Positions 12,855 through 25,922 of a stretch of DNA of 64,000 bases are shown here, one piece after another. The DNA is taken from assembly GCA_030390025.1 (NCBI GenBank), contig CM059433.1, positions 5,828,001 through 5,892,000 of the forward strand. Reading direction: 5' to 3'. This stretch comes from Squalus acanthias. Taxonomy: Eukaryota. The translations under genes were made by a program, and so were the position numbers. The notes under the pieces were generated by a model that saw only the letters and a program-made list of their open reading frames with translations, had not been told where the DNA came from and did no database searches. The stretch's first letter is position 1. The number at the start of each line of letters is the position of its first letter.

Positions 12855-13630
12855 ACAGAAAAGCAGAGTATTTTTTGAATGGTGAGAGATTGGGAAATAT
12901 TGGTATTCAGAGGGACCTGGGTGTCCTTGTACATGAATCACTGAAAGTTAACATGCAGGTACAACAGCAAGCAATTAGGAAAGCAAATGGTATGTTGGCC
13001 TTTATTACAAGAGGATTTGAGAATAAGAGTAAAGACGTCTTACTGCAATTATATAGGGCCCTGGTGAGACCACACCTGGAGTATTGTGTACAGTTTTGGT
13101 CTCCTTACCTAAGGAAGTATATACTTGCCATAGAGGGAGTGCAACGAAGGTTCACCAGACTGGTTCCTGGGATGGGGGATTGTCCTATGAGGACAGATTG
13201 AGTAGACTAGGCCTATATTCTCTAGAGTTTAGAAGAATGAGAGGTGATCTCATTGAAACATACAAAATTCTTACAGGGCTTGACAGGGTAGATGCAGGGA
13301 GGATGTTTCCTCTGGCTGGGGAGTTTAGAACCAGGGGTCACAGTCTCAGAGTATGGTGTCAGCCATTTAGGACTGAGATGAGGAGAAATTTCTTCACTCA
13401 GAGGGTGGTGAATCTTTGGAATTCTCTACCCCAGAGGGCTGTGGAGGCTCAGACGTTGAGTATATTCAAGACAGAGATCGATAGATTTTTGAATATTAAG
13501 GGATATGGGGATAGTGCAGGAAAGTGGAGATGAGGTAGAAGATCAGCCATGATCTTTTTGAATGGCGGCGCAAGCTGAAAGGGCCGAATTGCTTACTCCT
13601 GCTCCTATTTCTGATGTTCTTATGTTCTTA
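12855..13630 (+). mobile_element. 5'-truncated CR1 LINE
   Basis: ORFs 12791..13201 and 13084..13533 (QRDLGVLVH, RPHLEYCVQFWSP, RRMRGDLIETYK) and a CR1 3' tail. Confidence 0.92.
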
Positions 13631-14043
13631 TTCCTATCACACTCATCACCATTGCGGGGGGTACCGTTATGTCTCACCATTCACTGCAACTCACTAAGCC
13701 ACTTCCAAAGGTGCGCACAAATCTGTCCAAGAACGCAAAGTGTTGAAAATAAAGATTTCAATGTTTGACGGCACATTAACAGAAACTTCACATGAACATT
13801 GGCTCAAACACACAAGTGCCTACCCTTGTGTGTTGTTAGTTAGTATGATTGGACTAGGATGAGGGTGAGCGTGAGGGGTGGCTAGTGAGATGGGGATGTG
13901 ATAATATAGATAGAGAGGGATGGGTGGAGTTGCAAGGTAAGTTGGTGTGCGTAAGGATGTGCAGGAGTTGGGTAGGGAAGGCAGAGTGATGGGGATGTAA
14001 TGAGTGGCACAGCAGGATGAGGTTGAGTGTGGCTTTGCAGTAA

Positions 14044-14311
14044 CGATTCGTGATCTACTGAGATCATTGAAAGGTTTGCGCCACTGCAGCCTGGTCCTCC
14101 TGATGATGCTCCTGCTTGTGTCCTCCTATGCAATGTGCAACCAGGCTGCATTGGTCTCCTGGGGAGGTCTCTTCCGCCCATTGGAAGGGAAGAGGACCTC
14201 CTTGAGTGCTGTGACTCCCTCCATAAGCATATGGAGGGAGTCATGGAAGAGCCTGGGTGCAGCCGTGCACCTCTGTGCAGTGCTTGTCAGTGTTTGCAGC
14301 ACTTCAATGCT
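14044..14311 (-). pseudogene. Myb/SANT-like DNA-binding protein exon of a PIF/Harbinger transposon, one in-frame stop
   Basis: Reads AAPRLFHDSLHMLMEGVTALKEVLFPSNGRKRPPQETNAAWLHIA*EDTSRSIIRRTRLQWRKPFNDLSR, the PRF...W..IA...RT..Q.RK.FNDL trihelix pattern. Preceded by a ttctacag acceptor. Confidence 0.8.
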
Positions 14312-15044
14312 GTAGAACACTGAAAGCACAAATGTCAAAGTAAATGTTGTTATAAAACACATTTTGTTGTGCACTTGAGTAGTAACAAATTCAGTCTTCT
14401 GGTTATAATCATTTTATTCTTTAACTTCAGTATTAAAAGCAATTTACAACCTGAGTATTGTCACAGATAAGTGTGCGAACCTAGGCATGGGTCCTGTCTC
14501 GTACTGCTTAAACAAATGAAAAAGCTTATATTTATACACTGTTTTCTTATCAAACTGGAACTGGCATTGCCTAATATGGTAGTCTCTGGCTACAGCATAG
14601 TCCAGAGATACAAGGCTACATTTTCTTCAACATGCTGTGGTAAGCCTAACCCTTCTAGTTTCTAGACATTCTTACCATAAATAAACATATCCAAGGCTGG
14701 TTGGTTGCGAACACCAGCAGTTGCTAAGTGAAATCTGTATCTCTCTCGCACTCTATCTCTCTCTCTAATGATGCCATCCACCTTTTTTTCCTATATTCAA
14801 TGAACTAAACATGAACACCTTTCAGAAGCTGAATTAACCGAGTTCCATATGCCAACACTTTGCATCTCACTCATGCTGTACCTGCCTTGGGAGTGTTTGA
14901 TGGGATAGTGTAGAGGGCGCTTTCCTCTGTATCTAACCGTGTTGCAGCTGGCCTGGGAGTGTTTGATAGGACAGTGTAGAGGGAGCTTTACTCTGTATCT
15001 ACTCATGCTGTACCTGCCCTAGGAATGTTTGATGGGATAGTGTA

Positions 15045-15494
15045 AAGAAAGACTTGCATTTACATAGCGCCTTTCACGACCACCGGACATCTCAAAGCTC
15101 TTTACAGCCAATGCAGTACTTTTGAAGTGGAGTCACTGTTGTAATGTGGGAAACGCGGCACAGCAAGCTCCCACAAACAGCAATGTAAAAATGACCAGAT
15201 AATCTGTTTTTGTTACGTTGATTGAGGGAGAAATATTGGCCACGACACCGGGGATAACTCCCCTACTCTTTTTCAAAACAGTGCCATGGGATCTTTTACG
15301 TCCACCGGAGAGCAGACAGGGCCTCAGTTTAACGTCTCACCTGAAAGACTGCACCTCCGACAGTGCAGCACTCCCTCAGTACTGCACTGGAGTGTCAACC
15401 TAGCTTTATGTGCGCAAGTTCCTGGAGAGGGACTTGAACCCACAACCTTCTAACTCAGAGGCGAGTGTGCTACCAACTGAGCCACAGCTGACAC
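15045..15494 (-). mobile_element. tRNA-derived Deu-SINE (SacSINE1-like), full length
   Basis: A box TGGCTCAGTTGG, B box GGTTCAAGTCC, Deu-like body, tail aaatgcaagtctttc. TSD TGTA at 15041-15044 and 15495-15498. Confidence 0.85.
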
Positions 15495-15964
15495 TGTAGG
15501 GGAGCTTTACTCTGTATCTAACCTGTGCTGTAGCTGGCCTTGGAGTGTTTGAAGGGACAGTGTAGAGGGAGCTTTACTCTGTATCTAACCCATGCTGTAC
15601 CAGGCCTGGGAGTGTTTGATGGGCTAGTACAGAGGGTGCTTTCCCCATTATTACCCATGATGCACCCTCCAATTAATGCTCCGATGGTCCCTCTCTTTGA
15701 TACCCTGAAGATCCCTCCACTTATTGCTTCTGACACTATTCCTGTTACAGGGAATAGACTTGTTTCGGAGCACAAAGGAGGTTGTGATATCCTTGCCTCA
15801 TCCCAAACACCATTTCCACAAACTGCCTCTCTGTTTGTTTCCTGGCTCCTTTGTGATGTCACCTGGAGACAGGTTTACGCCCCTGGTTACACAGCATCAG
15901 TGGGAGTCACTGTGGGAGGAGCTGGACTTGGGAGCTGACACAGTGAGTGAGTTTAGTCCCTATA

Positions 15965-17685
15965 AATTTAATATTAAGGTAAGTAATTCAACCAAATGTC
16001 ATACAATCATAGTATGGTTACAGTACAGAAGGAGGCCATTCAGCCCATCGAGCCTGTCCCACTCCCTCGCCCTTTCCCCTAGCCTGCAAATTTTTTCCTT
16101 CAGATACTTATCCAATTCCCTTTTGAAAGACATTAATTACAAATATATTCACATTAAATATAATCATAGTAACAAAAATAGTCCAATTGTATTCCACTTA
16201 AATTCTAGAATTAATATTCATTTTTAGATTCGAAGATTCTTGGCATGAACAGTATCTCTGGAAGGTGGAGAGAGAGGAGTCGAATCATCGTCACACTTAC
16301 TGGGACTGGAAAAGGTCGCTGGATTCACAGAGAAGATCTGGTGGGAACAAGAACCCCAGAGGTGAGAGTCTAACCAGCTGCTGGGAGCTGTCTGACAGCT
16401 GCCATAAGGCTCAGCCTTTGATGCGACAAGTTGACCTGAATTTAACTCGAATGTAAAGCTAGCCAATACCTCACCTGGGAGTGCTTGACACTTACATGTA
16501 GAGGAAGTTTTATTCTGTGTTCTTACAATGCAGTACCTGAGCTGGTGTGCTTCATTGGATAGTTTCAGAGGAGCTGCACGTAGCAGTTAACACATGCTGG
16601 ATCTGAGTTGGCTGTGTTTGGTGAACCAATTTAGAGAGAGCTTCACTCTGTATCTAACCCGTGCTCAGCCTGCCCTGGGAGTGTTTCATGGGAAAGTGTA
16701 GATGGAGCATTACTCACTATACAACCACATGCTGTACCTGCTCTGGGAGTGTTTGATGGGATAGTGTAGATGGAGCTTTCCTCTGTATCTAACTCATGCT
16801 GCACTTGCCCCTGGGAGTGTTTGATGGGATAGTGTAGATCAAGCTTTACTCTGTATCTAACTCATGCTGCACCTGCCCCTGGGAAATAATAGAACAATTT
16901 AATATTAAGGTAAGTAATTCAACCAAATGTCATTAATTACAAACATATTCAAAGTAAATATAATCATAGTCACAAAAATAGACCGAATGTATTCCAATTA
17001 CAGATTCTAGAATTAATATTAATTTTTATATTAAATGTTTCATGTAGTGAAGAGTATCTCAGGAGGGTGGGAGAGAGTGGAGCTGAACCGTCATCACACT
17101 AACTGGGACTGGAGAAATGTCGCTGGATTCACAGAGCAGATCTGGTGGGACCAAGACCCTCAATGTCAAAGACGGGATGAAACAAGAAGCCCCAAGAATG
17201 ATTGTAAAGGTGAGGAACTTTACTGAGGATCCCATCAGTCCAGGATTTTGCCAAGGTGAGAGTCTAACCATCTACTGGGTGCTTCTTCGACAAATGCCAT
17301 AAGGGACTGCCTTTGATGCGACTAGTACAACAGAGCTCAACTTGTATGTAAAGCTAGCCCATACCTGGGACTGCTTGACACTTACATGTAGTGGGATTTT
17401 TATTCTAAGTTCATCCCATGCTGTACCTGAGCTGTTGTGCTTCATTGGGTAGTGTCAGAGGAGCTGTACGCTGAATTTAAAACATGCTGGATCTGAGTTG
17501 GCTGTGTGTGATCAACCAATTTAGAGAGAGCTTTACACTTCATCTAAGTTGTACTGTACCTGGCCTGGGAGTGTTAGATGGTAATGTAAAGTGGGAGGCT
17601 TTACTCTGTATCTAAGCAGCGCTATACCAGGCCTGGGAGTGTTTAATGGGACACTGTAGAAGGAACTTTACTCTATATCTAACTG
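15965..17685. repeat. Old ~0.93-kb tandem duplication
   Basis: aatttaatattaaggtaagtaattcaaccaaatgtcat occurs at ~15965 and ~16897, and the following sequences are colinear. Confidence 0.8.
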
Positions 17686-19427
17686 AGACTGACTGATTGA
17701 CTTTCTTTCATATACCCAGCATGGGCTTGAACTCAGATACTTTCCGCATACTCACAGAGATCAGCGCGAGAGCACAAAACATCCCAAACACAGGAGCTGA
17801 CCCTGAGATGGTGCGACACGAACTCTGCAGCTACATTAGCAACCTTTAGAGATGAACCCCTGTCCGCGCCCATCCTACTTTATCATTTTCTTGTGGTTAC
17901 AGTTGGAATATTGCAGGTGTGTGACGTCAAGCCTAAGGAATTTCCCACCTTTGACCTCTTCAATTATTTTATTTCAGCTCAGCTTTGAAGACCAGGACTG
18001 TCCTTCAGATGTCACACATTTCCTGACAGCGCAGTTCCAGCACTGGACATGTGACAAGAGAGTGACACCAAAGAGGTAGGACATGTGCAGCCACACTCAT
18101 CAACATCCATCTTGCCCACACCTGTTGCTGTGCTGTGACAGATCGAGAAATGCTGGAGTTCCCCTGTGGAGGGAGGCAACGGCTGCTCTGCTGCAAAAGA
18201 CAGTCAGTCACTCGACACAAGAGATGGTGAAGGAAAGAATCAGAAAATGTAAAGCTTTGAGGAACTGGATTCTGAACAAAATGAGGTTCCTCAGATCATG
18301 GCGTATTCACCCCAGATACATGTGTCAGAAATGTTTGTTGTCCACAATTAATCCTGAGTGCCTGCCGCTCAAGAGGAGTAACAGTCAATTCCAGATTAAC
18401 ACATATTGAGGCCTGTTACAAAGGTATTGGAAACCAAACAGGACAAAGACAAATAGCACTGAAGTATTGATCAATGGGAAGATCTGAATTATAGACAGAT
18501 TAAATTTGATCCTGCAGGAAGGAAGGAAAAAAAAGAAGGAAGGAAGGTTCTAATCTGTAATAACCGGGACATTGAAGCACTAATGTGCTGTGCCATGGAC
18601 TGAATAGGATCAACATTTCCCACTTTCAGACACTTTCCCACTGCTGATTATGGAGTGGGTTGGCTCCATAAGCTGGGCTTACAGTGAATCTCACCATTTG
18701 TTTCTAACGTCCAATGTGTTTAAATTCAGTTTATTGTTATGTTTCCTCTCCAGAGTCTGATGGTACAGAGCTGACCAATGTACAGACACTGGCCAACGCT
18801 GAATCAGAGGGGAAATTTATAGAGATTATTTTCTCCTCTTTTACCTCACCCATAACTCTTGGGAGACACAAGTGGTAACTTCTGGCTCCCTTAGTCTCCA
18901 TTCCTGTTAATGTTGGGCCAGATTGGGGACACAAGGTCCTGTCCCTCTGAAGTACTTAGATGACATCTCCATAGCCATGGAAAGCTTCATCTGACTGATG
19001 TAGAATCCAGTCTCTGGCACTTCATGAGTGGGAGGAGGATCCGCTCTAATGGCACCAACACTGTCCTTGGGTCTTTTTCTCCCATCAGCAGCAGAACATC
19101 CCTTTACCATCTCCTGCATCAAAAACTCGGGTTGACCTTACTGGTCTTCCTTTGATTCCTTTCCTTTGTTGGCAGACTTTCCTGCAGTCTATTTTTTGTA
19201 ATTGTGAACCCAGGTGTAGGGCCCAGACCCAGTAGCAGCAGAGCATGATTGAGGCCAAAGGCAAATTTGTTGGAACAAATCTCTGGGACTTAGGAATAGA
19301 ATGACTGTGGAGGCTAAAAAAGTAAATAGAAAAAGAGGACACGAGAACAGGAAAAGGTTAAAGCAAAATTAAGTTACAATTAAGAAAAACAAGAAACACA
19401 ATATATAAAACACAAGTTTTTAATTTT

Positions 19428-21460
19428 AATTTATTCATTGTCGGGATGTGGGCATCACTCGCAAGGCCAGCATTTATTGCCCATCCCTAGTTGCCCTTGA
19501 GAAGGTGGTGGTGAGCCGCCTTCTTGAACCGCTGCAGTCCATGTTGTGAAGGGACTCCCATAGTGCTGTTAGGTAGGGAGTTCCAGAATTCTGTGAGACT
19601 TGGAGGGGAACTTGGTGGTAGTGGTGTTCCCATGGGCCTGCTGCCTTTGTCTTTTGAGGTGGTAGAGGTCGCAGATTTGGGAGGTGCTGTCGTGGAAGCC
19701 TTGGCGAGTTGCTGCAGTGCATCTTGTAGATTGAACACACTGCAACCATGGTGTGCCATGGTGGAGGCAGTAAATGTTTAAGGTGGTGGATGGGATGCCA
19801 ATCAAGCAGGCTGCTTTGTCCTGGATGGTGTTGAGGTTTTTGAGTGTTGTTGGAGCTGCACTCATCCAGGGATATGGAGAATATTCCATCATACTCCTGA
19901 CTTGTGCTTTGTAGATAGTGGGAAGGTTTGGGGAGTCAGGAGGTGAGTCACTCGCCGCTAAGTACCCAGCGTCCGTCTAGTTCTTGCAGCCACAGCATTT
20001 ATGTGGCCAGTCTAGTTCAGTTTCTGGTCAATGGTGAACCCCAGGATTTTGATGGTGGGGGATTCAACGATGGTTATGCCATTGAACGTCATGGGGAGGT
20101 GGTTAGTCTCTCTCTTCTTGGAGATGGTCCAACCTGAATGTTGTCCGGGTTTGCTGTATGTGGACACAGACTGCCTCATTATCTGACGCATTGCGAATGT
20201 AACTTGACAATGTGCAATCAGCAGCGAACATCCTCACTTCTGAAGGTCATTAATAAAGCAGTTGAAGATGTTGGGCCTAGGACACTGTCCTGAGTAACTG
20301 CTGCAGCGATGACCTGGGGCTGAGATGATTGGCCTCCAATAACCACAACCATCTTCCTTGTGCTACATATGACACCATCCAGTGGAGAGTTTTCCCCCGA
20401 TCCCCATTGACTTCAGTTTTGCTAGGGCTCCTTGGTGCCACACTCGGTCAAATGCTGCCTTGATGTCGAGGACAGTCACTCTCACCTCATCTCTGGAATT
20501 CAGCTCTTTTGTCCATGTTTGGACCAAGGCTGTAATGAGGTCTGGAGCCAAATGTCATATGAGGAGAGATTGGGTCGACTAGGCCTGTATTCACTAGAGT
20601 TTAGAAGAATGAGAGGGGATCTCATTGAAACGTATAAAATTCTGACAGGGCTAGACAGACTGAATGCAGGGAGGATGTTTCCCCTGGCTGGGGGGTCTAG
20701 AACGAGGGGTCACAGTCTCAGGATACGGGGTAGTACATTTAGGACTGAGATGAAGAGAAATTTCTTCACTCAGAGGGTGGTGAACCTGTGGAATTCTCTA
20801 CCACAGAAGGCTGTGGAGGCCAAGTCACTGAATATATTTAAGAAGGTGATAGATAGATTTCTAGACACAAAAGGCATCGGGTATGGGGAGAGGCGGGAAT
20901 ATGGTATTGAGATAAAGGATCAGCCATGATCATATTGAATGGCGGAGCAGGCTCGAAGGGCAGAATGGCCTACTCCTGCTGCTATTTTTCTTTGTTTCTT
21001 TCTATGTTTCAAGTGCTCCTGGCGGAAACCAAACTGGGCATCGGTGAGCAGGTTATTTGAGCGTAAGTGCCGTTGATAGCATTGTCAATGACAGCTTCCA
21101 TCACTTTGCTGATGATGGAGAGATGGCTGATGGGATGGTAACGGGCTGTCGGATTAGTCCAGCTTTTTGTGGACTGTACATACCTGGCCAATTTACCACT
21201 TTGTCAGGTAGATTCCAGTACTGGATCAGCTTGGCTAGAGGTGCAGCTAGTTCTGGAGCACAGGTCTTCAGCTCTGCAGCCGGGATGTTGCCGGGGCCCA
21301 TAGCCTTTGCTGTATCCAGTGCGCTCTACCGTTCTTGATATCACATGGAATGAAGCAAATTGGCTGAAGACTGGCTTCTGTGATGGTGGTGACCTCAGGA
21401 GCAGGCCGAGATGTATCGTCCACTTGGCACTTGTGGCTGAAGATGGTTGTGAAGGAATCA
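19428..21460 (-). mobile_element. 3' half of the CR1-group LINE family seen at 3006-6336, with a plus-strand CR1 fragment inserted at ~20553-21009
   Basis: MEYSPYPWMSAAPTTLK and LDIKAAFDRVWHQG motifs. 3' end gggcaataaatgctggcc. Confidence 0.88.
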
Positions 21461-24400
21461 GACTAGGGTCCTGAATTTAAATAAAGGAAACTACGATGGT
21501 ATGAGGCGCAAATTGGCTAGGATGGATTGGGGAACGTTACTTAAAGGGTTGACGGTGGATAGGCAATGGCAAACATTTAAAGATCGCATGGATAAACTAC
21601 AGAATTTGTTCATCCCTGTTTGGCATAAAAATAAAACAAAAAAGGTGACTCAACCGTGGCTAATAAGGGAAATTAGGGATAGCAGAAGATCCAAGGAGAG
21701 GACATATAAATTGACCAGAAAAAGCAGCAAACCTGACGATTGGAAGCAGTTTAGGATTCAGCAAAGGAGGACAAACGGATTAATTAAGAGGGGGAAAATA
21801 GAGTATGAGAGTAAGCTTGCAGGGAACATAAAAACTGACTGTAAAAGCTTCTATAGATATGTGAAGTGAAAAAGATTGGTGAAGTCAAGCGTAGGTCCCT
21901 TGCAGTCAGAATCAGGGGAATTTAAAATGGGTAACAAAGAAATGGCAGGCCAATTAAATAGATACTTTGGTTCTGTCTTCACAAAGGATGACACAAATAA
22001 CCTCCCAGAGATGTCGGGGAACATAGGGTCTAATGAGAGGGAGGAACTGAATGAAATCAGTATTTGTAGGGATATGGTGTTAGGGAAATTGATGGGATTG
22101 AAGGCCGATAAATCCCCAGGGCCTAATAATCTACATCCTAGGGTACTTAAGGAAGTGGCCCTAGAAATAGTAAATGCATTGCTGGTCATCTTCCAAAATT
22201 CGATAGACTCTGGAACAGTTCCCATGGATTGGAGGGTAGCTAATGTAACCCCACTATTTAAAAAAGGTGGGAGAGAGAAAACGGGGAATTATAGACCGGT
22301 AAGCCTGACATCGGTAGTGGGGAAAATGCTAGAGTCCATTCAAAAAGATGTAATAGCAGAGCACTTGGAAAACAGTGACAGGATCGGACAAAGTCAACAT
22401 GGATTTACAAAAGGTAAATCATGCCTGACTAATCTACTGGGATTTTTTGAGGATGTAACTGATAGAATAGATAAGGGAGAACCAGTGGATGTGGTGTATT
22501 TGGACTTTCAGAAGGCTTTCGGTAAGGTCCCGCATAAGAGATTGGCGTGCAAAGTTAAAGCACATGGGATTGTGGGGGTAAGGTACTGACTTGAATAGAG
22601 AACTGGTTGGCAGACAGGAAGCAAAGAGTTGGAATAAACCGGTCTTTTTCCGAGTGGCAGGCAGTGACTAGTGGGGTACCACAGGGATCGGTGCTAGGAC
22701 CCCAGTTATTCACAATATATATTAATGATCTAGACGAGGGTGCAGGGGGTGGTGTGGTAGGGGTCAGCCTCACCTCTGACTCAGCGAGCGGTTTGAATCA
22801 CTCCCACCCCCCTGGTTCTGGACCTTGGACTTATTTGGGGGTTGTGAACAAAGATGCAGTAGACAACAGGTTCCGATGAAAGAATTTTGACTTTTATTAA
22901 AAGAAAAGGTAACAAACTTAAAACAGACAAGACACTTATACAGGTTGGGGAGCACACGGTACAGGCCAGGGAGAATGACAATATACAAAAACACTTATCC
23001 CTCCCAAAAATCCCACTATCTAGCTAGGTCTTGGTTTCAGGAGATCAGGGATAATGCTCACCAAACAGGGGTTCTGACAGTGCGAAATCCAGCCAGGTAA
23101 GTTGATTGCGATTTTGAGGTATTCTCTTTTTGTCCTTTGGGGCCTGCCGTCCCCACGTGGTACCAGTCTGTGAAATCTGCGATGGTGGTCTGGTCATCGA
23201 GTTTTGTTGCGTTGGAGGCTTGTCGGGGCAGTACCTTCTGGGGCTGGACCGTGGGTTGAGCGATGCCGACTCGCTCCCAGCCTCCAGTGACCTTGGCTAG
23301 TGGCTGCTAGTGCTAGACCGTGTGTTGAGCGATGCCGACTCGCTCCCAGTGGCCTCAGCTCTAGCCCTTGCCTGGCCTAGTCTGTCCTTGCCTCCAATCT
23401 CGCCCCGGGTCTGTCCCGGGGCCTTGCTGCTTCTCTCCACCTCTTGCTCGTGTCGTGTGGCTGGTAGTGTCTTGCTGGAACTTGCTGCAACTGGAACAGA
23501 GCTGAGAGAGACTTTCTTGGGGGATTAGACCCTCAATTATACTGTTCAGACCCTTTGTCTTTTTCGCGCCAAAACCCCTTTTCCTAAATCGGTTTCGTGT
23601 TGAAGTGATTTAGGTTTCAGTTGAGGCCTATCCATTCCATTGTCTTAGTTTTGCGGGCTTGTTAAGCTTTGATGGTTTTAACTTGTGTTAAATTATCCTG
23701 ATGGCTTCCGATGTCTCCCATTTAGGCAGGGCCTTTATCTACGTGCCAAATCTTGTCCCTATAGATACCTGGCTGATTGGTTTTTGATGAAGTAATGGCT
23801 GTACTAGATGTTTTATTGTTTACAGGCTTCTGGCATCCTGTTTGGGCCTGGGGATATTCAAAAGGTGTCTTGAATTATTCAATTTTGGATGTGTTGTGAG
23901 GTTTTGGGTGAGGTTCTTCCTCCTGCCTGGATTGCAGTGCAAACAAATTCCAGACAGCTTGACTTCAAAAGTTGTCCACTGCCTCGCCACAGCCCTTCGC
24001 AAAGGTGTTTTTTTCTCCATAGTCATTTTTGAAAGTCATTTTTCCTCAGGTTTTTTCTTCCCTGATCTTTAAAATGTCCAAAACTGAGGTTTTTACCTCA
24101 ATTCACTTCACTTATGTCCCATCATCCCAAATTCGTAGGAAAAATCCAAAAATCACCCCTTACGGGTTCTGAACGAGTTTCTGGGGAATTTTACGACGCT
24201 TACAGGGAACTAGATGTAATATCTCCAAGTTTGCAGACGACACAAAGTTGGGTGGGCGTGTGTGTTGTGAGGAGGATGCAGAGAAACTCCAGTATGATTT
24301 GGACATGTTGGGTGATTGGGCAGGTGCATGGCAGATGCAGTATAATGTGGATAAATGCGAGGTTATCCACTTTGGTGGCAAAAACAGGAAGGCAGATTAT

Positions 24401-25160
24401 TATCTGAACGGCAATAGATTGGGAAAAGGGGAAGTGCAACGAGACCTGGGGGTCCTTGTGCACCAGTCATTGAAGGTAAGCATGCAGGTGCAGCAGGCGG
24501 TTAAGAAGGCAAATGGTATGTTGGCCTTCATAGCGAGAGGATTCGAGTACAGGAGCAAGGATGTCTTGCTGCAGTTGTACAGGGCCTTGGTGAGACCACA
24601 CCTTGAGTATTGTGTGCAGTTTTGGTCGCCTTATCTGAGGAAAGTTGCTCTTGCCATGGAGGGAGTGCAGCGAAGATTCACCAGACTGATACCTGGGATG
24701 GCAGGAATGACGTATGAAGAGAGATTGGGTCGATTAGGCTTATATTCGCTAGAGTTTAGAAGAATGAGAGGGGATCTCATTGAAACTTATAAAATTCTAA
24801 CAGGACTAGACAGACTAGATGCAGGAAGGCTGTTCCCGATGGCGGGGGAGTCCAGAACCAAGGGTCACAGTCTAAGGATAAGGGGTAAGCCATTTAGGAC
24901 TGAGAGGAGGAGGAATTTCTTCACCCAGAGAGTGGTGAACCTGTGGAATTCTCTACCACAGAAGGCAGTTGAGGCCAATTCATTAAATATATTCAAGAAT
25001 GAGTTAGATATATTTCTTAAAGCTAAAGGTATCAAGGGATATGGGGAGAAGGCAGGTACAGGGTACTGAGTTTGGATGATCAGCCATGATCTCATTGAAT
25101 GGCGGAGCAGGCTCGAGGGGCCGAATGGCCTACTCCTGCTCCTATCTTCTATGTTTCTAT
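21461..25160 (+). mobile_element. Long CR1 ORF2 fragment (RT) interrupted by the solo LTR
   Basis: ORFs 21501..21869, 21876..22589 (KSPGP, NYRPVSLTS, YLDFQKAF) and 24248..25069. (TCTATGTT)n tail. Confidence 0.93.
22741..24204 (-). mobile_element. Probable solo LTR (1464 bp) inserted in CR1 RT
   Basis: Splits ctagacgaggg|aactagatg. TG...CA termini with a short (A)GGG duplication. Minus-strand TATAAT at ~23540 and AATAAA at 22898-22893. No ORF. Internal direct repeat at ~23247/23317. Confidence 0.72.
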
Positions 25161-25922
25161 TGGGTAAAAATTGAGTCGCGCCCCATTTGGGGCGCTAACC
25201 TCGCCGGGGCGCGACTTTTAGCGCCCCGAAAAAATTAGCGGCCCCGCGCCGGAACTTCAGTGGTTGCGCCCCAAGAGGGAAGCGGGGCGCAACTGGAAGC
25301 AGCCCGCATCCCTCTTGGGGCGCTGCGAGTGAATATCCTGGCGCTACGTGCCGCAGCGCGTGGCGCTGCGGCACGTCGCGCCGCGGTATTGCAGGCCTTC
25401 CTCCCCTTCTTAAAGGGGAGGGACCCTGCGCAGCGCGAACCGGGGCCCAGCTGGGCCCCCAGGGATCGGGAGTGCCGGCAAAAGAGCCCGGCACTCAAGA
25501 GAAGTGCCGGGCTCTTGGAGCGCAGCCGGCACTTCACGGTGGGGGGGCTTCACGGGGGCCGTGGGCAGGTGCTGGAAGGCGGCCAGCAACAAAAATGGCC
25601 GCCTGCCACCTCCGCTTTAAATATCGCCGCCCCGGCCGCACGTACGCCTCCCTGAACCCGTCGGACATAGCGTCTGGCGGTAAATCAGGGGGCGCGACTG
25701 AAGATCACGGCCGGGGCGCGAGCGGGGTGCTGCGCACGGCGATGACGTCATCGCCGGCGGCGCAGCGCCACGGGGAGCTACCGGCTGCTGCCGCCGCTAA
25801 CCTCCCACTAAATTTTTCGGGAGGCGTGGGCGGCGCTGCGCCCGGGCGTCAGCTGCTTTACGCCCCATTAGCGCCCTCTTAAGGCGCTAACGGGAGGCGC
25901 AAGCAGCTGAATTTTTCCCCCC
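25161..25922. mobile_element. GC/CpG-rich MITE, probably Harbinger-type, inserted in a CR1 (TCTATGTT)n tail
   Basis: Ends GGGTAAAAATTGAG / CTGAATTTTTCCCCCC. Absent from the paralogous junctions at ~30925 and ~35932. Confidence 0.72.

Larger units (their letters stand above)
14868..17685. repeat. Clusters of a ~63-bp minisatellite (ctgtacctgccctgggagtgtttgatgggacagtgtagagggagctttactctgtatctaacc)
   Basis: Directly visible units at ~14868-15044, 15495-15640, 16470-16885 and 17360-17685. Confidence 0.85.

Noticed and set aside
14868..16885. CRISPR-like array
   Set aside because: Contiguous degenerate ~63-bp tandem units without unique spacers, in vertebrate DNA.
18093..18107. DVDEC on the minus strand as a possible FBLN7 calcium-binding EGF exon
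   Set aside because: No acceptor immediately upstream, and the following residues (GCTCPTSLVSLSCHM...stop) lack EGF cysteine spacing.
18845..19313. Exon-like minus-strand block with a good acceptor
   Set aside because: Stops in all three frames and no recognisable homology.
25195..25882. Overlapping Ala/Arg/Gly-rich ORFs and a possible gene promoter CpG island
   Set aside because: Stop-poor GC-rich sequence bounded by TIRs and inserted in a CR1 tail, so it is a MITE.
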